From the IMG/VR virus record IMGVR_UViG_3300030372_005227, positions 1-32,494 of that record: DNA of 32,494 nucleotides. One strand, 5' to 3'. Positions 1 to 10,267 of the stretch are shown in pieces (position 1 is the first letter of the stretch; each line of letters begins with the position of its first letter). Below the pieces are notes generated by a model. The model made no database searches. It was not told the origin of the DNA and saw only the letters and a program-made list of their open reading frames with translations. The position numbers and the translations under genes were made by a program. The DNA is from a virus (Duplodnaviria; Caudoviricetes).

Positions 1-198
1 GCATTTGTAGAAATCTCAATAATACCTGCTGCTGTCTCAGAAGCTGCTGAGCTTGTTAAGAAGCCCGCGTCATTATTTAATTGACTCGTTCCAATGCTTG
101 AAATGTTCGAAGGGACCAAGGCTTTGTCTGTAGCAGACCCCGTTGTCGCTTCTGCATTTGTAGAAATCTCGATGATACCCGCCACTGTCTCAGAGGCT
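1..198. repeat. Coding direct repeat with 153-bp (51-aa) period in the tail fibre
   Basis: gcatttgtagaaatctc...ctgtctcaga starts at position 1 and again at 154. Confidence 0.85.
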
Positions 199-455
199 TG
201 TGTCTCTGTATTGTCAATCACATCAAACATTGCAGACGTTACAGGATTTGCTGCGTTTTGATTAAATACAATATGATCACTAATATTAAGCGTCACCCCC
301 GCTAAAGTTCCTGCTACACTTACAATATAGAAATCGCCTTTTTGAGCACTTACTAAAGAAGGGCTTGATGTAGTAGCGTTATAAGATCCTTTATAAACTA
401 AAGAGCCCGTGACGGATCCCGTCACCGCTGGATTAGGTCTGATGTCTAAACTCAT
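1..455 (-). CDS. Tail fibre / receptor-binding protein, N-terminal part (runs off the left edge; not in the ORF track)
   Basis: Hand translation from ATG at 455, with RBS AAGGAG: MSLDIRPNPAVTGSVTGSLVYKGSYNATTSSPSL...KGDFYIVSVAGT...ASETVAGIIEISTNAEATTGSATDKALVP...ASETAAGIIEISTNA. The ASETxAGIIEIST repeats resemble phage tail-fibre repeats. Confidence 0.75.
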   Translation of the reverse strand, partial: MSLDIRPNPAVTGSVTGSLVYKGSYNATTSSPSLVSAQKGDFYIVSVAGTLAGVTLNISDHIVFNQNAANPVTSAMFDVIDNTETQASETVAGIIEISTNAEATTGSATDKALVPSNISSIGTSQLNNDAGFLTSSAASETAAGIIEISTN

Positions 456-466
456 GGCTTAACTCC

Positions 467-832
467 TTATTTTGAGAATCCTGCAATTAAGTAGAAAGTA
501 TCTGATCCTGCATACTTCTTGTAAGCAATTGTCGAGACTGTAGTGTTGATTGTTCCGACATCATCAGAGTAAAAGTAATCAACAGGGATCTCATTAGTTA
601 CCGCGTCGCCCGCTCCTGTTCTCGCTCGATATTTAATATAAGCAAGATCACTCCCTTTATTTACAACGGCAAGAAAAGCAAAGGATAGACCTGCGGCCAA
701 TGCTGACCCTGTGACCGAGTCGATAAAATCTGATGATGTTAAATCATGCCAGTCTGTATCGTTAACAGATGAAGCATTATAGACAGCTCTTTTTGATCCT
801 GCCATGATGGGATCTTGTACATTAAGACTCAT
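467..832 (-). CDS. Small putative virion/tail-associated protein (121 aa)
   Basis: Likely start is ATG 832 (MSLNVQDP) after AGGAG. Composition is beta-rich, and it lies just before the tail fibre. Confidence 0.55.
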   Translation of the reverse strand: MSLNVQDPIMAGSKRAVYNASSVNDTDWHDLTSSDFIDSVTGSALAAGLSFAFLAVVNKGSDLAYIKYRARTGAGDAVTNEIPVDYFYSDDVGTINTTVSTIAYKKYAGSDTFYLIAGFSK

Positions 833-1049
833 TTGTCTTCTCCTTTTTAGTTTCTTTTGGGGCTTTGTCTTGTCTTCCTTTAGCGACGTTGGCACCTGCG
901 AAGATCAAGAAGAGAGAATCAATTGCAGAAATCACCTCTGCATGTGCTTTGTTCATTATTGCAAGAATAAAGAGGACTGACAAGGTAGCATAAAAGGCCA
1001 TCGCTTTTCGCCCGCCCATCCGTTGGAGCATAGTCCTCTTTTTATTCAT
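822..1049 (-). CDS. Putative holin
   Basis: Small protein with two hydrophobic segments (AMAFYATLSVLFILAIM; VISAIDSLFLIFAGANVA) and a charged C-terminus. Its start overlaps the endolysin stop. Confidence 0.65.
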   Translation of the reverse strand: MNKKRTMLQRMGGRKAMAFYATLSVLFILAIMNKAHAEVISAIDSLFLIFAGANVAKGRQDKAPKETKKEKTNES

Positions 1050-1737
1050 TGTAATCCTCATCAATCAATCTGTAAACTCTTGCAACTTTATCGAGATTTC
1101 GAGTCCGTTTGATCACTCCTTCTCTCCAATCTTGATCAGGGCCTATCCCGTGGGCATTCCCTTCGATCGTGTGGAAGTCCCCTCTTTCATCAGGAGAGGT
1201 TCGAGCTATCGTGATATGATTTCCATAGGATGGGGAGTGAGAGTCAGAGGTATAAACAACAACGATGTCTCCAGGAAGAATGTTTTCTTTCGTTTGGACT
1301 CTTGAAGAGTTGCTCCAATCTCTGCTCATTCGATAGCAAGAAGGAAACGTGTTCTTTCTTACTTGGAGATTGACCATATCTCCAAAACAAAAAGCAGCAT
1401 AGGCACCGCACCAAGCAAAGTCTTCATTCTTCACATAATCATCTTCCCAAGTCCATCCGATCCCCTCCTTTGATTTAATATAAGAGTTGATCCTTTTCCA
1501 ATCCCCTCCCTCTCCAGGCTCCGTTACATTCTTTTCCCATTCTGACTCACTTCTCTTTAAAGCTCGAAGTGTTTTCTCATTTGGATTTACTTTTCGATCA
1601 ATATTGATATTCATATTGACTTCAACAGTTTTATCGATGTCGATACAAAGTTGATTCATCGCTCGTTTGTATCGTCTATTCTCATGTTGAATTAAATCAA
1701 GTTGTTCTTCTAGTTGTCGTTTCGTGTATTTACTCAT
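1042..1737 (-). CDS. CHAP-domain endolysin / peptidoglycan hydrolase
   Basis: CHAP motifs AWCGAYA, PGDIVV, GNHITI and TIEGN. Adjacent to the holin-like gene. Confidence 0.8.
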   Translation of the reverse strand: MSKYTKRQLEEQLDLIQHENRRYKRAMNQLCIDIDKTVEVNMNINIDRKVNPNEKTLRALKRSESEWEKNVTEPGEGGDWKRINSYIKSKEGIGWTWEDDYVKNEDFAWCGAYAAFCFGDMVNLQVRKNTFPSCYRMSRDWSNSSRVQTKENILPGDIVVVYTSDSHSPSYGNHITIARTSPDERGDFHTIEGNAHGIGPDQDWREGVIKRTRNLDKVARVYRLIDEDYNE

Positions 1738-4700
1738 TATGCAAACTCCTTCCCATCGTCGGAGGCTCCTAAGACTCCCGATGAGTTGCTTATATATGCG
1801 TCTAGTTTTTGATCTGATGTTGCTGATGTGTAGATAGTAGGTTCAAGAGTTCCTCCTGTACTAGAGATCCCGTGTACACCTGTGAAAGTAATAGTAGCAT
1901 TCGCCCCATTATCAACTATGCTTTGAATCGTGAGGCCCGTTATAGAGTTATCATGATCTCCCTCCAAGACATAATCCACAACATCATCAACTTTGAAGAA
2001 GGAGGAGTCTTTGACAGAGTCTCCTAGAAGATCAGTATTTGAAAAGAGATCTTGATCAATGGTGACGGATGTAGTCGACGGGATAGTGAGGACTTTTGCA
2101 GAATCATTCCATCCCGCTGTCTTTGTTCCTGTTGTCAAAATCTCTAACTCGCAACCCTCACTCATGAGTTCTTGACGAATCGATCTAATTAATCCGACTC
2201 CATCCGTCACCCCATAGTCAGGGCCATAAGCTTTTAAACGATCGGACGAAACAAGGGCATATCTCCCAATGTCAATCAACGCACTTTGACCCGTCCCTAT
2301 TGACCCTCTCCAAGTCCTCAAAGGATTAGATAAAAGATTGAAGATTCGAGAGATCACAGGAAGGAAGAAAGAGAAAGAGTCTCCTCCTGTTGAGCCTATT
2401 TGATCAGAGGACAATCCAAAGAGATCGAGAGTCAATTTTGATTTCTCTCCTCCATATCTATTAATCGCCTCTTGATTATTAAAGATCCTCTTAGTCCTTA
2501 GCTTTTGCTCTGAGATGTCATAATCAAAGTTAATTTCAACTTGACTGATAATGTCTTCGTACGTGTCCCACATTGGAGGATCATCTGTTAACCAGTCGCC
2601 TTGATTGATTGTGATCGCTGCCGCCCTCGTTTGATCCATTCCCAAGGGTTGAAGGGCAATTTTAGAGCGTCCGTTCCTTGTCCTTCTCATGACTAAAACG
2701 GATCCCATAGCTTGAAGGAGGGGAGTCAATGTTGATCTTAAATCTGTTCCCTGTCCTCGAAGATCAAGATTAATCATCAAGTTAGGGATTGACTCATATT
2801 GGAGGAAAGACTGTATATCAATTTCAGCTTGATCAATGTTTAATCCCGTTGAAGATTTATCATAAGATCCATTGATTGACGAGCCGCCCCCACTTTGTAA
2901 GATTTGGAGGATTGCTTGTCCTGGTGTTTGAAAGTTGATTCGAGTTGTCAAATAAATCTTTGTGGGCTCGTATCCTTCCCAATCTCCAAAAGACCTCCGT
3001 CTCGATGAAGTGAAGGGCTCTTGAATATGGAGGAAGTATCCAACGTCCGTTACTGAGTATGTCGCAGTCGTTTGATGAGTAATGGGAAAAGTTTGGAAGG
3101 ATTCTTGATCTAAGTTTCGATCATAATAAACGACCTCTAAATCAAAAGATACTCCACTTGTCGCAGATGATGGGAGTCCTAAATTATCCTTGACTAAGAT
3201 TTTTGACTCTCCGTTTTGATAATAAGCTTTTGCAATCCCATTAATCTTTTGCTCTCTGCTTTGATTCTCTAGAATAGGAGCTGCAAACTTTTCCGAAAAC
3301 TCTGCTCTATTATGGAAAAGCGTCCCCTCTTCTACTAAAGGATCTTCAGGAAAAGGACGACCCTCCGACCATACGTCGAAAGGATACCATAGCCGCTCCA
3401 TATTTTGAGTCTGATATATTCCTAAGGATGTTGAGTCCCAAATAGACATGGGTGTATTTATTCCATTCATTCTCTCAAAAAAGCTTAAAGCCCTCTTTGA
3501 TGAATAGAAGATAATTGAAGTTTGAGCGGCTTCTCTGTTGACGTTTGACTTGATCATTAAAGTCGTATCGTCTGCAATCGTCCATTGAGCAAAAGATCCC
3601 CCTGCCCCCTGACTTGATCCCGTGTGATTTGCTTCTAAAACTGTATTGATAATCTCAGGAAATCTTTGAAGACCTGAGGTAATTCTATAAGACTTTATCT
3701 CGCCTCTTGGAGTTGCGACTTTTACTCGAAAAGTTGTCGAGGCTCCTGAGGGTACAAGTGAATTATAAGTAACGTCACCGCTATCATATGTGAGACTAGA
3801 AGTGGAGATTGTTTGAGGGAAGAGCCGCCCGCCTGCTGAGTTTGTTAAATCAGGATAACGAGGGTGTACTAAGTAAGTCCCATCCGATCCAGGATATAGA
3901 GAGACATCAAAGGCGTTACTGATCTCAAGAGGTTGATCGGCTGTCTCGACTGTCAAAGTTCCTGATCCTGTTGAGCCCACAAGATTAAAGGATTCACTCT
4001 CCATACATACCACACCATACTCTAATTTAGACCCATTGAGTTGATCAAAATTATGATATCCATGAAGAAGCCCAGTCTCTAAAGAGATCTCTGAGATGTC
4101 ATTATCAATCAAAGCAGTGAGAGGGACTAAAGACAAAGAGACAACATCTTCATCAATGGAAGGGGAGGACTCTATAAATCCGTTGATGATTTCAGTGAAA
4201 GATTCCACATATCCATCAGGATTCATTTGTCCCATGTAGAGAGAGGCTTTGCGTCCTCGAAAGGTTATGATCTCCGTGTAAACTTCAGGGACGTTCGTCC
4301 CTCCAATTGTTGTGACATGATTTTGAATAGGAGTTCGTCCTACTCCTCGATCTGAAATATTGAGTTTTGTTGTAGTTGCTGAAGAGACTCTTAAGGTTTC
4401 TGCTCCAATATGGACTACTCTTGGATAGCTTAAAGAAGAGAAGTCTTGATCAATAGGAAGAGCCATAACTGTATCTGTGTGTAAAATATCAGTCAAGATT
4501 TGAGCTTTCGTAACGTCCGTTGCTCTTGGTCCACATCTTCCAAAAACTACATGAGGGTCCGTTGTATCTCCGTTAAATCGATCAATGGATAAGGAGACAG
4601 TAACAGGAGAGTAGTTAGCAATTCCCCCCGCTGGATCAATCGAGGCTTGATAGGCCCCTACTCCGACGATTCCTTGCTTGTTTACATAAGGAACCCCCGT

Positions 4701-4817
4701 TGTAAGATTTGCGTCTAGATTCGTTGTAGTGATGTCTACATCATTAGACACATAACGAATCGAGAGTCCCCCGATCTCTAAAACAAATACACGCCGCCCA
4801 AAATCAGAATCTATCAT
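1737..4817 (-). CDS. Large tail/baseplate hub-type protein (1026 aa)
   Basis: Size, beta-rich composition and position downstream of the tape measure gene. No diagnostic motif recognised. Confidence 0.6.
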   Translation of the reverse strand: MIDSDFGRRVFVLEIGGLSIRYVSNDVDITTTNLDANLTTGVPYVNKQGIVGVGAYQASIDPAGGIANYSPVTVSLSIDRFNGDTTDPHVVFGRCGPRATDVTKAQILTDILHTDTVMALPIDQDFSSLSYPRVVHIGAETLRVSSATTTKLNISDRGVGRTPIQNHVTTIGGTNVPEVYTEIITFRGRKASLYMGQMNPDGYVESFTEIINGFIESSPSIDEDVVSLSLVPLTALIDNDISEISLETGLLHGYHNFDQLNGSKLEYGVVCMESESFNLVGSTGSGTLTVETADQPLEISNAFDVSLYPGSDGTYLVHPRYPDLTNSAGGRLFPQTISTSSLTYDSGDVTYNSLVPSGASTTFRVKVATPRGEIKSYRITSGLQRFPEIINTVLEANHTGSSQGAGGSFAQWTIADDTTLMIKSNVNREAAQTSIIFYSSKRALSFFERMNGINTPMSIWDSTSLGIYQTQNMERLWYPFDVWSEGRPFPEDPLVEEGTLFHNRAEFSEKFAAPILENQSREQKINGIAKAYYQNGESKILVKDNLGLPSSATSGVSFDLEVVYYDRNLDQESFQTFPITHQTTATYSVTDVGYFLHIQEPFTSSRRRSFGDWEGYEPTKIYLTTRINFQTPGQAILQILQSGGGSSINGSYDKSSTGLNIDQAEIDIQSFLQYESIPNLMINLDLRGQGTDLRSTLTPLLQAMGSVLVMRRTRNGRSKIALQPLGMDQTRAAAITINQGDWLTDDPPMWDTYEDIISQVEINFDYDISEQKLRTKRIFNNQEAINRYGGEKSKLTLDLFGLSSDQIGSTGGDSFSFFLPVISRIFNLLSNPLRTWRGSIGTGQSALIDIGRYALVSSDRLKAYGPDYGVTDGVGLIRSIRQELMSEGCELEILTTGTKTAGWNDSAKVLTIPSTTSVTIDQDLFSNTDLLGDSVKDSSFFKVDDVVDYVLEGDHDNSITGLTIQSIVDNGANATITFTGVHGISSTGGTLEPTIYTSATSDQKLDAYISNSSGVLGASDDGKEFA

Positions 4818-5449
4818 GGGGTGACCTCAGCTTGATACAAATCAAAAAAGGAGACTGAGACGAGATCACAGTCTTCAACTTCAACTTCCAAGAGAATCAT
4901 GTCTCCTCTGTTAGCTGAAGGAATATAAAGAGGTCGAGGAGTATCAAAGCCACTTGTCCCACTTGGAGGATCGTAAAAAGTGGCCCCCGTTGTCGCAGTG
5001 TAGGGTCTATCAATATTCCCATCAATTGACATATTTAAATGCTGTGAGTAAGTAAATCTCACAGACTTTGAAAGGAGGGTCCCGCTTAAATCTTTTATTC
5101 TAAATGTGATGATAGGCGAGTTTGTGGAGCTTTCTTTTGTCGCTACATATTGGAATATAACTCCAATCCATTCAGACAAAGGAGTGGATCCGTATAGAAA
5201 CGAGTAATACTTGTTAAGTTTATTTAATCCCTTGGGTAGCCCGCTCCAATTTGTAAAAAGATATACATTTGAAAAGAGAGGGCTCTGTGTAGGTTTTGCA
5301 ATTGTATAATTTGCAAAGCCTAAAAACTTACAATGACTCATTTGTGCTAGTGCTTGAGCAAATTGAGAGACAACTCCACCCATGACAGTGACTCCCATGT
5401 ACACAGATTCTTCACTCGTGAGAGGTTGAAATGATGTAGGAATCAACAT
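4814..5449 (-). CDS. Putative tail/baseplate protein
   Basis: Tail-module position and tight gene coupling. Confidence 0.5.
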   Translation of the reverse strand: MLIPTSFQPLTSEESVYMGVTVMGGVVSQFAQALAQMSHCKFLGFANYTIAKPTQSPLFSNVYLFTNWSGLPKGLNKLNKYYSFLYGSTPLSEWIGVIFQYVATKESSTNSPIITFRIKDLSGTLLSKSVRFTYSQHLNMSIDGNIDRPYTATTGATFYDPPSGTSGFDTPRPLYIPSANRGDMILLEVEVEDCDLVSVSFFDLYQAEVTP

Positions 5450-6511
5450 TTAATTACTCCAAAGTGAAAGAGCTGTTATTCGAGGAAGACTCGAAATCGC
5501 TGCTGTTCGATCTAAGTTATCTAGAAGAGTATCACTTTGATTATAAGATGAAGGGTGGATTTTATAAAGAGATATTCCAAAATTAGAGGATTGCTCTGAT
5601 ACATTGGAGAGATCAGGAGAGAAGGTATATTCATTCCATCCATTTGAGGAGACTGTAAAGATCCTCCCCATGAAAGCAAAGTTTTTTGATCCACTTATAC
5701 TTTCAACATATACCCACAAAGTTAAATCTCCCCCTCCTACAAAGAGAGGGCTTTGGATTTGCATAGTCTCCACGTCTCCAACTCCTAAAGACTTTGGACC
5801 CTTCCCCCTTCCTGTAAAAGCAGAGGATGGATTTATGATCCCACTCCAAGAGAGAAGAGGCCTCTTTCGTTTCCTCATTGTTTCTATGTTTTTTCTCCAT
5901 TGCACCCCCGCCCTCGAAGTCAATGGATAATTTGCAGCAAGCCGTCCAACTCCAAAAGGGGTGACCGTGTCTGTTCCTTGAGCCGTTGCACCTGCTGACA
6001 AAGGAGAGGATAAAGGAAGGAATCGAGCTGCGACTATTTGAACGTCTAAATCATAAGCAATATTATCAACTTTTCCCTCCATTAAAATATCGACATAGCT
6101 TGAAGTTGTCGCAGAAGAAAACGTATGGGATACAGTAGCAAGAGCCATCGTTACGGAAGTGATTGCAATTGTTGAGGAGCCTTGATTGACTGAGTTTCCA
6201 TCTGTCAAACTAAACTTTAAAGTTCCTGTTCCTGTTGTAGTCACTTGAGCATTAACATGAAAGTCTATAGTCGTGTGATTATTAGAGGGTATGGGGATTC
6301 TCCATCTGCATAATTCAACGTATGAAGTAGAATTGGTGACGCAAGTATTCCGATCGAAAGCTTGAGACAAGCAAGTAGAAGTCCCCCCGTTCGCGTGGAG
6401 ATAGTTTGATAGATCTCCCATCCGTTGAATCGTTTGAGTCTTAATGATCTTTCCTGCTATCAAGTCCCCTGTGTCTGGAAGCGTGGGGGGTGTTGTGTAT
6501 GTATTGCCCAT
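5450..6511 (-). CDS. Putative tail/baseplate protein
   Basis: S/T-rich beta-type composition in the tail module. Confidence 0.5.
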   Translation of the reverse strand: MGNTYTTPPTLPDTGDLIAGKIIKTQTIQRMGDLSNYLHANGGTSTCLSQAFDRNTCVTNSTSYVELCRWRIPIPSNNHTTIDFHVNAQVTTTGTGTLKFSLTDGNSVNQGSSTIAITSVTMALATVSHTFSSATTSSYVDILMEGKVDNIAYDLDVQIVAARFLPLSSPLSAGATAQGTDTVTPFGVGRLAANYPLTSRAGVQWRKNIETMRKRKRPLLSWSGIINPSSAFTGRGKGPKSLGVGDVETMQIQSPLFVGGGDLTLWVYVESISGSKNFAFMGRIFTVSSNGWNEYTFSPDLSNVSEQSSNFGISLYKIHPSSYNQSDTLLDNLDRTAAISSLPRITALSLWSN

Positions 6512-6512
6512 T

Positions 6513-7709
6513 TTATAAATGCTCCAAGGTCATCGATACAGGGACCCGCCTTCTCAATCGATTAGGATAAGCGAGAGAGATCATTCCATTATTTACAACG
6601 GACGCTCTAATACGTCCTTGATCTCCGTTGTCTTCAGAAGTATAGAGAAGATCATAAGCGGGTTGAGTATCATTCACTCCTGATGTAATCAAAGCCCGTC
6701 GACTATCTCCCCATCCTTGATAAAAGTTGATTCGTTCTCCGCTTGGGATATACTCGACAAAGTTATTAGTAAAGTGTCTGTACAAGTCTTTCTCATCAAG
6801 AAGAGCGTCAAGATCAAAGTCGAGGATTGATTGAATATAAGATCCGATAAAGTTTGATGTATATCCCCCTCCGATCTTTCGACGGGCTTGTGTGAGAGTG
6901 TCCGTTTGAAGATGATGTCTTTGATAAGGACGAGAGGGGAAAAGAGATCCAGGTAAAGGATGCGTCGCAGTGAGAGTTTTGATGGAGGAGCCGCTTGGAG
7001 TCTCACTCCCTGTGAATCCTAGACGATCTCTAAAAGTAGTGGATACCCAAGTGATATTACTTATAGCAGAATCATACATGCACTCAACATGGCCACTGGA
7101 GTTTAAATACCATCTTATGGAAGAACTCGTGTTTGCTGTGATGTCTAAGTGTTCAATACAGTTTGCTGTGTTTACATCATCAAGATCACTAGTTGTTCCC
7201 CTCTCTCTAATCGCAACAATTAAATCCTGAACATTCAGACTATTCGTAATTATAAATGTAAAAAAGACATATCCTGAAGCATCGGAGATCTGATACTGAG
7301 CAGACTCAAGTTCATTCCCTCTTATCCAATTGTTCGGACATATAAAAGAATAGTCATCAAGACCAAACGTAGTTGAACCTACTCCTAAAATATCAGTGCC
7401 ACTTAATAAGCGAATCTTAAAAGGACTGTCTGCTGTGATTTTAACTTTATCATTTGCATCAATGGTGACTGTCCACGCTGTACTAATTGAAGATCCTTGA
7501 GTGTTTAAAATATCAGGAATTGAAAGCCCTGTATGAGATCCCCTTCCATTCAAAAAAGAGATCGCATCTTCATAGATCCCCTCTCCGATTGCGAACGTAG
7601 GAAGAGAGACATTGTTTGAGCCTCGATTGAAGACATTGACCCCGCTCCATGTTCTAGCATTAAAGGAAGAGAGGAGAGCAAAGTTAGGTGACGGATTATT
7701 TAAAGGCAT
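6513..7709 (-). CDS. Putative distal-tail (Dit-like) protein
   Basis: First gene after the tape measure gene. Assignment is by synteny only. Confidence 0.45.
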   Translation of the reverse strand: MPLNNPSPNFALLSSFNARTWSGVNVFNRGSNNVSLPTFAIGEGIYEDAISFLNGRGSHTGLSIPDILNTQGSSISTAWTVTIDANDKVKITADSPFKIRLLSGTDILGVGSTTFGLDDYSFICPNNWIRGNELESAQYQISDASGYVFFTFIITNSLNVQDLIVAIRERGTTSDLDDVNTANCIEHLDITANTSSSIRWYLNSSGHVECMYDSAISNITWVSTTFRDRLGFTGSETPSGSSIKTLTATHPLPGSLFPSRPYQRHHLQTDTLTQARRKIGGGYTSNFIGSYIQSILDFDLDALLDEKDLYRHFTNNFVEYIPSGERINFYQGWGDSRRALITSGVNDTQPAYDLLYTSEDNGDQGRIRASVVNNGMISLAYPNRLRRRVPVSMTLEHL

Positions 7710-7710
7710 A

Positions 7711-9849
7711 CTATCTCCTATTAAATTGAACAGCTCCCCTTCGAGGGGTGTTGATGATTGAGACTAGACGATCTGCAAAAGCCTGTTCAGCTGCTTTCTT
7801 CGTATCATATACGACCGCCCCTCCAAAGTTAATATTAAACACCATCGAGTCAGTCGTCCTCTCTTCTCTCTCAGGAGTTGGGGCCGTCGAGGGTTGACCC
7901 GTTGGGGAAGTTCCTGATTGAGCCGTTCCCCCTCCTCCTCCTCCTAATGCATTTGAGGCAACTCCCGCTATCGCTGCAGCACTTGCAAAGAGAGCAGAAG
8001 ATTTAAAAGCCGCCGCAGATCCAGGTAAACCCATCGCAAGAAGTCCGAAGCCTTCCGCCGCTTTCATTACTGATTGACTAACAGCCTGTTGAGCAAGAGA
8101 CTTTAAGACTTGAGCAGTCGCCTCTTGGAAGGACTCTCCAAAGAAAAGAGCATTAAAGCCCGCCTGAGCAAATCCCTCCGAATATTCAGCAAAGTACTCC
8201 GAGAGGAGATCAGCTTGATCTCGTGTTGATTCTTTCGTGATTGCTATTCTCTCAACCGCAAACCTTCTTTGAATCTCTGTGATTTCTTGACCCTTCATCC
8301 TTGCAAGATTGATCTCTCTTTGAAACTCAAGTTCAAGGATCTTCAATCTCTGTTCACTCTCAAAAGTGAGAGACTCCATATCTGTTCCAAATCCTGAAGA
8401 CTCTTGCTCAATCTCTAAGAGTCGCCTTGCTAGATCGTAACGTAAATTAAGTTCTCTCTCATTTGACTCTTGAAGTATTTGAAGACGCTCGTCTTCTTTT
8501 CTTTTATTTTCCTTGAGTCGATTTTGTTTAATTGATTGCATAGCAAATTGATGTCTTAACTCTTCAAGCTCTCTCTCTTTGGATCCTGCTTTTGTCAGTT
8601 CAAGAGTCGCTCGATGTCTCTCCTCTTCGAGCTTTAAAATCTGTTGATCACCTTCAAACTTAAGTTTAATTTTAGCTTGATTGATTTGACTAGTTAAGAC
8701 TAGATCTTTTTTATACTCTTGTTCCTGTTGTTTTTGCCTTGCTTCAAAATCTTTCCGCCTTGTCTCATTTAATTTTTTTTGCTCCTCACCTTCTTTTTTT
8801 ATGATTTCAATTTGTTTTTGTTGAAATCGTAGTTTTTCTACTTGCTCAGCTTTAACGCGGCCATTTAATTTTAAACCTATTAAAATAGATTCTACTTGCT
8901 CATGATTTGCATTCTCTAGTTGTTCTTCTAAGTTTAACAATCTTACTTTTTGAGTATACTCTTCATCTGCAATATAAAGCTCGTCCCCTTTAGCCAATTG
9001 CCTTGCTTTTAATAAAGCTAATTCTTTTTGAAGATTTGCAAGTTTTTTGGCCTCCGCTTTTAAAGAATCTGTAGATCTTTTCTCAAACTCCTGCTCCTGC
9101 TCCCCCGCGGCCATGATTTCTTTTAATGTTTCTCTCTGCACTGCTTGAAAGTTTTTGAGAACCTTTGTTGATTCTCGACGGGCTTTAATTAAGTTTCTGT
9201 CTGCTGCTTGTCTTTTAAGCACGTTTTCAACATATACAGCCCCGCCAATCTCTTCCGCTTTTGCTTCGTCACGGGTCGCATCCGCCGCTTGTTTTTTTGC
9301 AAGAGTAATTTTTTCAAAAGATTTTCTATATTTAGTCAATGCTTTTTCAAAAGTTTCTTTTGCAAGTTGGGATTCAATCACAGCAAGAGAAAACTTTTCA
9401 AGTTCTTTTGTTGTTGGAATAATCCCTTTTTCTGCTAAAGATTCAAGTTTTTGTTGAAGATCAGAGGAGGCTGCATTCATTGCCTCTTCTGCCTCTTGAG
9501 CCTCTTGAGCTGCTCCTGATATTTGCCTGAAGGTTTCATAGACAGCAATCCCTGCCCCCACTAACATTCCAAGGGGACCCAATAAAGACATAAAGCCCTT
9601 TGCTCCTGTTTGACCTAAGTTTGTAATAGAAGATCCAAGACTTGAAAAGGCCTCTCTCACCTCTCCGACTGTCCCACTAACATTCTCTAGACCCTCCCCA
9701 AGTTTCTCATTTGTTGACCCCATCGCCTTGGCTAATCGAGAGCCCGTCTCTCCTATACCCTCAAGTCCTCCCTCGATCTTTTGAATGCCCTTGTCTACTT
9801 TACCCGCTCCACTTAGCTCGACTTCGATTTCAACTTGTGTTTGAGCCAT
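7711..9849 (-). CDS. Tail tape measure protein (712 aa)
   Basis: Long helical/coiled-coil protein with Gly/Ala-rich hydrophobic stretches, directly after the tail chaperones. Confidence 0.85.
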   Translation of the reverse strand: MAQTQVEIEVELSGAGKVDKGIQKIEGGLEGIGETGSRLAKAMGSTNEKLGEGLENVSGTVGEVREAFSSLGSSITNLGQTGAKGFMSLLGPLGMLVGAGIAVYETFRQISGAAQEAQEAEEAMNAASSDLQQKLESLAEKGIIPTTKELEKFSLAVIESQLAKETFEKALTKYRKSFEKITLAKKQAADATRDEAKAEEIGGAVYVENVLKRQAADRNLIKARRESTKVLKNFQAVQRETLKEIMAAGEQEQEFEKRSTDSLKAEAKKLANLQKELALLKARQLAKGDELYIADEEYTQKVRLLNLEEQLENANHEQVESILIGLKLNGRVKAEQVEKLRFQQKQIEIIKKEGEEQKKLNETRRKDFEARQKQQEQEYKKDLVLTSQINQAKIKLKFEGDQQILKLEEERHRATLELTKAGSKERELEELRHQFAMQSIKQNRLKENKRKEDERLQILQESNERELNLRYDLARRLLEIEQESSGFGTDMESLTFESEQRLKILELEFQREINLARMKGQEITEIQRRFAVERIAITKESTRDQADLLSEYFAEYSEGFAQAGFNALFFGESFQEATAQVLKSLAQQAVSQSVMKAAEGFGLLAMGLPGSAAAFKSSALFASAAAIAGVASNALGGGGGGTAQSGTSPTGQPSTAPTPEREERTTDSMVFNINFGGAVVYDTKKAAEQAFADRLVSIINTPRRGAVQFNRR

Positions 9850-10267
9850 TATTAAACTCCTTCATTTGTTGCTCTTGAGAGCGTCGGATCATTTCCTCAG
9901 TGTTGTTTTCTAATATATCATAAGCCTCGACAATTGCACACGATGGTCTTTTAAAAGATTGTGTTAATGTCAAGAGGCCTTTTCGATGTCTATGATAAGC
10001 TGTGATGATGGGAGCAAGTTTATTCATATTTGCCACGGGGCAAGATCTGACTTTGAGATCAGAAAAGAACTCGCCACAATTGGGAGCGACTCTGTATCCT
10101 GGGATGAAGCGTCCTTGATCGTCTATGTCTGACAAAGGAAGGCCTTGTTTAAAAGGTCCCCCACAATTCCCCCTCAATCGACGCAATCCTTTTTTAGATT
10201 TGCATTGATCACAAGACCAAGAGCGGCCCCCACTAAATGGAATCCATACAGAGGAGGCAAGTGCTAT
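9830..10267 (-). CDS. Tail assembly chaperone, T part, reached by -1 frameshift (GT fusion ~313 aa)
   Basis: The -1 frame is open from the slippery site (IALASSVWIPFSGGRSWSCDQCKSKKGLRRLRGNC...) into ORF 9830..10186. Confidence 0.8.
   Translation of the reverse strand: MALASSVWIPFSGGRSWSCDQCKSKKGLRRLRGNCGGPFKQGLPLSDIDDQGRFIPGYRVAPNCGEFFSDLKVRSCPVANMNKLAPIITAYHRHRKGLLTLTQSFKRPSCAIVEAYDILENNTEEMIRRSQEQQMKEFNNGSNTS

Noticed and set aside
1-198. Tail-fibre repeats considered as a DGR template/variable repeat pair
   Set aside because: Differences are mostly synonymous and not adenine-specific, both copies are coding, and no reverse transcriptase is present in the window.
409-425. Small hairpin gtgacgg-atc-ccgtcac
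   Set aside because: It is a short stem within coding sequence (VTGSVT) and likely due to chance.
833-895. Upstream extension of ORF 467..895
   Set aside because: It overlaps the holin, and a better start with an RBS exists at 832.
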